A stretch of DNA of 32,000 bases from Variovorax sp. PBS-H4 (lineage in GTDB: Bacteria; Pseudomonadota; Gammaproteobacteria; Burkholderiales; Burkholderiaceae_C): the NCBI RefSeq assembly GCF_901827205.1, contig NZ_LR594675.1, forward strand, positions 3,173,915-3,205,914, in the 5' to 3' direction. The first letter of the stretch is position 1. The number at the start of each line of letters is the position of its first letter. Both the position numbers and the translations under genes were made by a program. A model generated the notes under the pieces. The model made no database searches, had not been told where the DNA came from, and was given only the letters and a program-made list of their open reading frames with translations. This document shows, piece by piece, positions 18,439-25,217 of this stretch.

Positions 18439-18660
18439 ATGCAACAAGACCGCTACCTGCAACCCCACCAGGCGCGCCAGCGCCCGGCAACCACCTACGA
18501 AGACCTGCTGGGCGATGCCATCGAGCGCGCCTTCGGCGACGGCGTGCACGACCTCGCCGGGCTGGTCGAACGGCTCAACGACAGCGGCCTGGCCACGCCC
18601 GGCGGCCAGCGCTGGACCGAGGACCTGTACGCCCGGGAAATGGCGAAGCTCGGCGCCTGA
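18439..18660 (+). CDS. 73-aa hypothetical protein with recombinase-domain-like helix-turn-helix motif
   Basis: The ATG at 18439 follows an ACGGAGG SD. The ORF fits exactly between the monooxygenase (26-nt gap) and Rieske (12-nt gap) genes, and its GC3 is high. The segment LVERLNDSGLATPGGQRWTEDLYAREMAKL resembles the LNxxGxxTxxGxxWT helix of serine-recombinase 'recombinase' domains. Confidence 0.6.
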   Translation: MQQDRYLQPHQARQRPATTYEDLLGDAIERAFGDGVHDLAGLVERLNDSGLATPGGQRWTEDLYAREMAKLGA

Positions 18661-18672
18661 GGAGAACATCAC

Positions 18673-19710
18673 ATGAACACGATCGCCATCCAACCCGTTG
18701 CGCAAGACCCGGTGGACCGACTGCTCGAGATCGGCCTGAAGAATCTCTGGTACCCGATCTGCCCCTCGCATTTCATTCGCGAGAACCCCGTCTCGCTGCG
18801 CCGGCTGGGCCGCAAGCTGGCCCTCTGGCGCGACGGCGAAGGCAAGTTGCATGCACTGGAAGACCGCTGCCCGCATCGCGGCGCGCCGCTGTCGCAGGGC
18901 GTGATCCTGGGCGACCGGCTGTCGTGCCCCTACCACGGCGTTGAAGTGCGCCATGACGGCGTGGTGACGCGCGTGCCAGGCAGCCCCGGCTGCAAGCTCG
19001 AGGGCTCGCAGGCCACGCGCCACTTCCACGTGGAAGAGCGCGCAGGCGCGGTGTTCCTCTACAACGCCAAGGAGTCGGTGGACGTCCCGCCGCCGCTGGT
19101 GCTGCCCGAGCAGCTCTCGGACGACGCGCAGTACGCGTCCTTCCTCTGCTACACCGAGTGGAAGGGCGACTATCGCTACGTGCTGGACAACGTGATGGAC
19201 CCGATGCACGGCACCTTCCTGCACAAGCAGTCGCACTCGATGGCCGAGGGCGAGTCGCAGGCGAAGTTCGGCATCCGCGCGACCGACCACGGCTTCGTGT
19301 TCGAGAAGGAAGGCCAGCGCAACGTGAACTTCGACTGGACGGAATGGGCCGACACCGGCATGCACTGGATGCGCCTGGAGATCCCGTACCCGCGCACCGG
19401 GGGGCCGGGCGGCAACTTCATCATCATCGGCGCCTTCTCGCCCATGCCCAACGGCATGACCGCGACCTTCTTCTGGCGCGTGCGCAAGCTGGCGCCCGGA
19501 TGGGAACGCGATACCTGGCGCTTTCTCTACAAGAACCGGCTGGAGGCGCGCCACTGGCACGTGCTGGAGCAGGACCGCGTGATGCTGGAGGACATGGAGC
19601 CGGACGCCAATCAGCACGAGAACCTGTACCAGCACGACCTCGGCATCGTGCGCCTGCGCCGCCACATGCGCAACCTGGCCCAGGCGCAGCTCGAGCAGGC
19701 CGCAGCCTGA
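18673..19710 (+). CDS. Rieske [2Fe-2S] non-haem-iron oxygenase, alpha-only phthalate/VanA-type family
   Basis: 345 aa with a GAGGAG SD. The Rieske motif is CPHRG-x-CPYHG (CxH-x16-CxxH). The mononuclear iron motif is DNVMDPMHGTFLH (DxxHxxxxH). There is no beta-subunit gene, and a PDR-type reductase is encoded next. Confidence 0.9.
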   Translation: MNTIAIQPVAQDPVDRLLEIGLKNLWYPICPSHFIRENPVSLRRLGRKLALWRDGEGKLHALEDRCPHRGAPLSQGVILGDRLSCPYHGVEVRHDGVVTRVPGSPGCKLEGSQATRHFHVEERAGAVFLYNAKESVDVPPPLVLPEQLSDDAQYASFLCYTEWKGDYRYVLDNVMDPMHGTFLHKQSHSMAEGESQAKFGIRATDHGFVFEKEGQRNVNFDWTEWADTGMHWMRLEIPYPRTGGPGGNFIIIGAFSPMPNGMTATFFWRVRKLAPGWERDTWRFLYKNRLEARHWHVLEQDRVMLEDMEPDANQHENLYQHDLGIVRLRRHMRNLAQAQLEQAAA

Positions 19711-19743
19711 GGTTGCCAACGCTATTTCCAGAGGTCCACGCCC

Positions 19744-20715
19744 ATGTCTTCTCCCACGCTCAATGCGCTCGTGCACACCATGCGCTACGAGGCCGAGGGC
19801 ATCGTCAGCGTCGAATTCCGGCCGGCTTCGCCCGACGTGGAGTTCCCCGCCTTCGAAGCCGGTTCGCACATCGACCTGCACCTGCCCAACGGCCTGGTGC
19901 GCAGCTACTCGCTGTGCAACCCGGCCAGCGACCGGCAGCGCTACGTGGTCGGCGTGGCCAACGACCGCAAGAGCCGCGGCGGCTCGCGCTACGTGCACCA
20001 GCAGCTGCGCGTGGGCATGACGCTGCCGATCTCGGCCCCGCGCAACAACTTCCACCTGGAGGAGGGCGCCCAGCACTCGGTGCTGGTGGCCGGCGGCATC
20101 GGCGTCACGCCCATCTGGTGCATGCTGCAGCGCCTCGTCGCCATCGGCAAGCCGGTGGAAATGATCTATTGCGCGCGCACGCGGAAGGAAGCCGCCTTCT
20201 GCGACGGCATCGACGCACTGGCGCGCGAGAACAAGGTCGCGCTGACCTGGCATTTCGATGCCGACAAGGGCGCACCGCCGGATCTCGCGACGCTCCTGGC
20301 CGGCAAGAGCGCGGACAGCCACTTCTACTGCTGTGGTCCGGCGCCGATGCTCGATGCCTTCGAGAAGACTTGCGAGCAGCTGGGCTACGCGCATTCGCAC
20401 ATCGAGCGCTTCTCGGCCGCGCATGTCGAGGCGCCCAGCGCGACCGAGACCTACGTCGTCGAATGCGCGAAGAGCGGCAAGAGCGTCGAGGTGCCCCCGG
20501 GCAAGTCGATCCTCGACAGCCTGATCGATGCCGGCCTCAACCCTGACCACAGCTGCAAGGAGGGCGTGTGCGGCGCTTGCGAGACGAAGATCATCTCGGC
20601 GGGCGAGATCGAGCACCGCGACGGCATTCTCACCAAGGCCGAACAGGCGGCGAACAAGACCATGTTCATCTGCGTCTCGCAATGCAAGCGCGGGCCCTTG
20701 GTGCTGGACATCTGA
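19744..20715 (+). CDS. PDR/VanB-family oxidoreductase (FMN/NAD-binding reductase with C-terminal plant-type [2Fe-2S] ferredoxin)
   Basis: 323 aa. It has the RSYSL flavin motif, the GGIGVTP NAD(H) motif, and the C-terminal cluster motif CKEGVCGACETKI...FICVSQC. Confidence 0.9.
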   Translation: MSSPTLNALVHTMRYEAEGIVSVEFRPASPDVEFPAFEAGSHIDLHLPNGLVRSYSLCNPASDRQRYVVGVANDRKSRGGSRYVHQQLRVGMTLPISAPRNNFHLEEGAQHSVLVAGGIGVTPIWCMLQRLVAIGKPVEMIYCARTRKEAAFCDGIDALARENKVALTWHFDADKGAPPDLATLLAGKSADSHFYCCGPAPMLDAFEKTCEQLGYAHSHIERFSAAHVEAPSATETYVVECAKSGKSVEVPPGKSILDSLIDAGLNPDHSCKEGVCGACETKIISAGEIEHRDGILTKAEQAANKTMFICVSQCKRGPLVLDI

Positions 20716-20742
20716 TTTCCCAACTCCCTTTCTAGAACTCCA

Positions 20743-21849
20743 ATGAAGAAATCCCTTGTGGCCGCGGCCGCATGCGTGGCTGCGGCCGGCGCCTGCGCGC
20801 AATCCTCTTCCGTGCAGGTCTTCGGCATCGTCGATGCTGCCGTCACCTACACCACGGGCTCGGGCTATGGCTCATCCGGCAAATGGCAGCTGACCAACAG
20901 CGGCAACAGCTTCAGCCGGCTTGGCTTTCGGGGCACTGAAGACCTTGGCGGTGGCCTCGCTGCCAGCTTCTGGCTGGAAGCCGGCTTGCAGAACGACAAC
21001 GGCACAGGCTTCAACTCCAACCCCAACAACCAAGCCAGCGGTGCCGCCGGCCCCGGCCTGCTGACTTTCAACCGGCGCTCGACCGTGAGCTTTTCCGGCG
21101 GCTTCGGCGAACTGCGCCTGGGCCGCGACTACACGCCGACTTTCTGGAACACGGCGCTGTACGACCCCTTCGGAACCGGCGGTGGCATCGGCGCCAACCA
21201 GCTCTACTTCTCGGGCCTGGGCGGCCTCACCGCGCCGACCGGCACGCGCGCCTCCAACAGCATCGGCTACTTCCTGCCGCCGAACCTGGGCGGCTTCTAC
21301 GGGCAGGCGATGGTCGCGATGGGCGAGAACGACAACCGCTCGGTGCTGCCGGACACGCTGATCTCCAATCGCCACGACGGCGACTACGCCGGGATTCGGG
21401 TCGGCTACCTGAACGGACCGTTCAACGTGACACTCGCCACCGGCCGGACGCGCTACGCGACGGGCAACCTGCGCGTGTCGAACATCGGTGCTTCCTACGT
21501 CTTCGAGTCGCTGATGAGCCTCAAGCTGATGGGCGAGATCTACAGCGAATCGCTGGGCGCAGTGGACGGGAAGGGCGCGCTGCTGGGCTTCAGCCTGCCG
21601 GTGGGCGTTGGCGAGATCAAGGGTTCGTACGCACGCTACAAGCGCGAGCCGCTGGGCAATGTGCCGGAGCCCACGACCTCGAAGCTCGCGCTGGGCTATG
21701 TCTACAACCTGTCGAAGCGCACGGCGCTGTACGGCACCCTGGCCTACCTGCGCAACCGCAATGGGGCGACGCAGTCGCTCGCCGGTTCGACCACCGCGCC
21801 CAACCGAGCCTCCAGGGGGACGGAGTTCGGCATTCGCCACGCGTTCTGA
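20743..21849 (+). CDS. Outer-membrane porin (Gram-negative general porin, beta-proteobacterial type)
   Basis: 368 aa. The signal peptide ends AGACAQ and the N-terminal strand is SSVQVFGIVDAAVTY. Gly/Tyr/Asn-rich amphipathic beta strands alternate through the sequence. The C-terminus is RGTEFGIRHAF, ending in Phe. Confidence 0.9.
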   Translation: MKKSLVAAAACVAAAGACAQSSSVQVFGIVDAAVTYTTGSGYGSSGKWQLTNSGNSFSRLGFRGTEDLGGGLAASFWLEAGLQNDNGTGFNSNPNNQASGAAGPGLLTFNRRSTVSFSGGFGELRLGRDYTPTFWNTALYDPFGTGGGIGANQLYFSGLGGLTAPTGTRASNSIGYFLPPNLGGFYGQAMVAMGENDNRSVLPDTLISNRHDGDYAGIRVGYLNGPFNVTLATGRTRYATGNLRVSNIGASYVFESLMSLKLMGEIYSESLGAVDGKGALLGFSLPVGVGEIKGSYARYKREPLGNVPEPTTSKLALGYVYNLSKRTALYGTLAYLRNRNGATQSLAGSTTAPNRASRGTEFGIRHAF

Positions 21850-21856
21850 GCGCGCA

Positions 21857-22267
21857 ATGTCGGACCAGCCCCTTCACGGCCATCACAGGGCGAGCGCAGA
21901 GATATCGTCCTCGGAGCGAGATCGAGCCACGCCGTTCTGCGATGCCAGTGCGGGCGGTCAAGTTGTGAGCGGCTGGCTGCTTGATACCAACGTGATCTCC
22001 GAGTTGAGTCGACCGCGCCTCAGCGCGCGGGTCCGAAGATTCATCGCGGGCCAACGGCTCGAGGACCTGTTCGTCAGCACCGTCACTCTGGCCGAGATCC
22101 GCTTCGGCATCGAGGCCGTCGGCGATCCAACGCGCCGCGCCGAACTGAGTGACTGGCTCATCGCTGCAACCGCTCTGCAGCACGGGCAGACCGTTGTGAC
22201 CCGCGATACCGGAGACTACAAGCTCACGCGAGTCCCGGATTTGAATCCGTGGGTCGCCGACTCTTGA
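21857..22267 (+). pseudogene. Degenerate PIN-domain toxin (VapC-like) with internal in-frame deletion and no intact antitoxin
   Basis: The PIN core starts at GTG 21965 (WLLDTNVISEL...VTLAEIRFGIE...RRAELSDWL) and then jumps directly to IAATALQHGQTVVTRDTGDY...LNPW. About 35 aa normally lie between these segments, including the third conserved acidic residue, and they are missing. The 36 upstream in-frame codons (from ATG 21857) have no PIN counterpart. The -1 frame ends ...MPVRAVKL-TGA and overlaps the GTG as GTGA, like the 3' end of a lost vapB. Confidence 0.55.
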
Positions 22268-22350
22268 TGGCTTCGGTCTGCGAGACCAGCCTATTTTCAG
22301 GACAGTAAATTCGCCCTCGCTGCGGGGTTGCCGGCGTGTGTCGCCGGTGC

Positions 22351-23241
22351 CTATCTGCCCTTGCGCGACGCCGTAGACAGGAATGCGGGGATCGTCGGGT
22401 TCTGGTTCTGCGAGTCGTAGGCCAGCGCCACGGGGTAGCGCAGCCTGGCGCGGTTGTGGGTGATCGACATGTACTTCACGCGTGGTATCGCGACACCTTG
22501 CATCGATGCCGGTACCAGTGCAATGCCGACGCCCGCGCTGACGAGCGAGAGCACCGTCAGCATCTGGGGCGCGCTTTGCTCCACATGTGGCAGGAAGCCA
22601 CTGTTGCGGCATGCGGTGACCACGAAGGTCTCGAAGGCCGGGCCCTCGCGCGAACGAAAGCTCACGAAGCCTTCGTGCGACAGCGTCTTCAGCTCGACGC
22701 TCTTCTGCCCCGCGAGCGGATGCGATGCGGGCACGGCCAGCGCCAGGTCTTCGTCCGCGAGCGCGAGCAGCTTGAGGCTGCCGGAACCCGGCAAGGGGGG
22801 CACGACGATGGCGATGTCGATCGAATGGCGCAACAGATCCCGGCTTTGCTGTGAGCTGGCTTCGGCATTGAGCATGATCTTGACGTCGGGATAGTTCTGC
22901 CTGAAGCGCGAGAGCAGCTCAGGCACCAGCTGATAGGCCGCGCTCGGAAAGAACGACAGCCGCAAGGTGCCCAGCATGCCCGCCGCTGCGTGCCGCACCA
23001 GCTCGCGCGACTGCGCGGCCTGCGCGAGCAGCCGTCGCGCTTCGACGAGCAGTGCCGAGCCGGCCGGCGTGAGTGCCACACCCTGCCGGTCTCGCAGGAA
23101 CAACGCGACACCGAGATCTTCCTCGAGCCGCTGAATCGCGATGCTCAGCGGCGGTTGCGACATGTGCAGGCGCTCCGCCGCCCGGCGAAAGTTGAGTTCT
23201 TCCGCGACGGCGATGAACTGCCGCATGCTTCGTAAGTCCAT
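22351..23241 (-). CDS. LysR-family transcriptional regulator
   Basis: 297 aa from the ATG at 23241, with a GGAGAT SD. The N-terminal HTH reads MDLRSMRQFIAVAEELNFRRAAERLHMSQPPLSIAIQRLEEDLGVALFLR. A LysR substrate-binding domain follows. The gene is divergent from the TauD-family gene. Confidence 0.9.
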   Translation of the reverse strand: MDLRSMRQFIAVAEELNFRRAAERLHMSQPPLSIAIQRLEEDLGVALFLRDRQGVALTPAGSALLVEARRLLAQAAQSRELVRHAAAGMLGTLRLSFFPSAAYQLVPELLSRFRQNYPDVKIMLNAEASSQQSRDLLRHSIDIAIVVPPLPGSGSLKLLALADEDLALAVPASHPLAGQKSVELKTLSHEGFVSFRSREGPAFETFVVTACRNSGFLPHVEQSAPQMLTVLSLVSAGVGIALVPASMQGVAIPRVKYMSITHNRARLRYPVALAYDSQNQNPTIPAFLSTASRKGR

Positions 23242-23265
23242 GGGGGATCTCCGGCCGGTCAGCTG

Positions 23266-23280
23266 ATTCGACAATCGAAT
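23266..23280. promoter_or_regulatory. LysR-type T-N11-A palindrome in the divergent intergenic region
   Basis: ATTCG-ACAAT-CGAAT is a perfect 5-bp dyad fitting T-N11-A. It lies 24 nt upstream of the LysR start codon and 77 nt upstream of the TauD-family ATG. Confidence 0.35.
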
Positions 23281-23357
23281 CATGAACCATCCAAATCAGT
23301 ATTGGCTGGATCGGACAAGGCTGCCTACGATTCATTTCAAACAACCCTCGCGACACG

Positions 23358-24206
23358 ATGAACAGCCAGCAGACCCCACTGGAAATCCGCCCCTGCACCC
23401 CGACAATCGGGGCCGAAGTCTCAGGCTTCGACCTCGACCATGTGAGCGACGCCACTGCAGCGCGGTTGCGCGACGCACTGGTTCGCCATGAAGTGCTCTT
23501 CCTGCGCGACCAGAAGCTGACGCCCGCGCAGCACGTGTGCCTCGCCGAGGTCTTCGGCCAGACCCTCGCCGCCAAGTCGATCGTCTTTCCGTCGCCCGAG
23601 GGGTTCCCGGCGATCGAGGTCGTCGAGTACGGCGGCGGGCGCGTGCCGCAGACTGACATCTGGCACACCGACATCATCTGGCAGCAGCGGCCCGCGCTGG
23701 GCGCCGTGCTGTGCGCCGAGGTGTTGCCGGAGACGGGCGGCGACACGCTGTGGGCCAGCATGACTGCGGCGTACGAAGCGCTGTCGCCGCGGATGCAGGC
23801 CTATCTCGAAGGCCTCACGGGCGTGAACACCTGGGAAATCTCGTCACAGAAAAAGGACGCGCTGGCACAGCGCGGCTACGACGGGCTGCTCGCGCTGATG
23901 CAGAAGTACCCGCCGGTCGAGCATCCGATCGTGCGCACGCATCCGGTCTCGGGCAGGAAGATCCTCTACTGCACGCGTTCTTTCACCTCGGAGATCAAGG
24001 AACTGCCCGAAGACGAGGGCCGCGCCGTGCTGGAGTTTCTCTTCGAGCATGTGAAGCGGCCCGAATTCCATGTGCGCTTCCAGTGGCGCGCGGGCTCCGT
24101 CGCGATCTGGGACAACCGCTCGACCCAGCACTACGCCGTCAACGACTACATGCCGAACCGTCGCCGCATGCATCGCGTGGCGGTGGCGGGCGATGTTCCG
24201 TTCTGA
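23358..24206 (+). CDS. TauD/TfdA-family Fe(II)/2-oxoglutarate-dependent dioxygenase
   Basis: 282 aa. It has IGAEVSGFDL, the facial-triad HxD in IWHTDIIW, GGDTLWASM, the distal His in DNRSTQHYAVNDY, and RRMHRV, which is typical of TauD-like enzymes. Confidence 0.9.
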   Translation: MNSQQTPLEIRPCTPTIGAEVSGFDLDHVSDATAARLRDALVRHEVLFLRDQKLTPAQHVCLAEVFGQTLAAKSIVFPSPEGFPAIEVVEYGGGRVPQTDIWHTDIIWQQRPALGAVLCAEVLPETGGDTLWASMTAAYEALSPRMQAYLEGLTGVNTWEISSQKKDALAQRGYDGLLALMQKYPPVEHPIVRTHPVSGRKILYCTRSFTSEIKELPEDEGRAVLEFLFEHVKRPEFHVRFQWRAGSVAIWDNRSTQHYAVNDYMPNRRRMHRVAVAGDVPF

Positions 24207-24242
24207 CCACTTCTCGAGACCCACGATCGAAGCGTACGCACC

Positions 24243-25217
24243 ATGTTCGACAAGTCATTCATCGCCGGGCTCCTGGCCGGCGTCCTTCTCTTGCCGTTCG
24301 GCGCCGGCCTGGCACGCGCCGAGACGCCGACGCGCATCCTGGTCGGCTTCCCGCCGGGCGGCACCACCGACGGCGTTGCCCGTCTTTACAGCGAGGGTTT
24401 GTCGAAGGCGCTGGGCCGTACCGTGCTGGTCGAGAACAAGCCCGGCGCCGGCGGCGCGATCGCGGCGGCGGCGCTCAAGGCCGCGCCGCATGATGCGAGC
24501 ACGCTCATGCTGGCCGCGATCGTGAACATCAGCGTCTATCCGAGCACGGCCAATCCGCCGGCCTACGACCCCTTCAAGGACTTCGTCGCCGTATCGATGG
24601 TCGGACGCTACGACCTGGCGCTGGCCGTCAGCGCGGCGAGCGGCATCGAGACGGTCCCGGCGTACGTCGCCTGGGCCAAGGCCCGCCACGACAAGGCGAA
24701 CTTCGGCTCCCCCGGCAACGGCAGCCTGCCGCATCTCTTCGGTGCTCAGTTTTCACAAGCCGCGGGCCTGGACCTGGTTCACGTGCCTTTCCAGGGCGCG
24801 ACGCCATCGATCGTGAATCTGCTCGGCGGCCAGATCGGCGCCGTGATCCAGCCGGTGAGCGACCTGGTCGCGCAGCATGACGCCGGCAAGGTCCGCATCC
24901 TGGCGACCACCGGTTCGCAGCGCAACGCACGGCTGCCCGGCGTGCCGACCTTCAAGGAGCTCGGCTATCCCGGCATGGAAGGCGGCGGCTGGATCGGCTT
25001 CTTTGCGCCGGCCGGTACGCCCGAAAAGGCGACGCAGGCGATCTGGGAGGCCGTGCAATCCATCCAGGCGACGCCTGCCGTGGTCTCGCGCATGCAGGCT
25101 CTTGGCTTCGACGTGACGCCCATGACCCGTGCCGAGTTCGCCGAGCTGACCCGCAAGGATGCGGCGCGCTGGGGCGATGTCGTGCGCAGCGGCAACATCC
25201 TGGTCAAGACACCATGA
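24243..25217 (+). CDS. Bug-family (TctC-like) substrate-binding protein
   Basis: 324 aa. It has a signal peptide (…LLLPFGAGLARAE) and Bug motifs (ILVGFPPGGTTD, NKPGAGG, NFGSPGNGSLPH, VPFQGATPSIVNLLGGQI). Confidence 0.9.
   Translation: MFDKSFIAGLLAGVLLLPFGAGLARAETPTRILVGFPPGGTTDGVARLYSEGLSKALGRTVLVENKPGAGGAIAAAALKAAPHDASTLMLAAIVNISVYPSTANPPAYDPFKDFVAVSMVGRYDLALAVSAASGIETVPAYVAWAKARHDKANFGSPGNGSLPHLFGAQFSQAAGLDLVHVPFQGATPSIVNLLGGQIGAVIQPVSDLVAQHDAGKVRILATTGSQRNARLPGVPTFKELGYPGMEGGGWIGFFAPAGTPEKATQAIWEAVQSIQATPAVVSRMQALGFDVTPMTRAEFAELTRKDAARWGDVVRSGNILVKTP

Noticed and set aside
21617-22612. 331-aa minus-strand ORF spanning the vapC remnant and the LysR 3' end.
   Set aside because: It has no motifs, overlaps two better-supported features in other frames, and has an Arg/Pro-rich composition.
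23242-23283. 14-codon N-terminal extension of the LysR ORF (start 23283).
   Set aside because: The internal ATG at 23241 has a GGAGAT SD and yields the canonical LysR N-terminus (MDLRSMRQF...).
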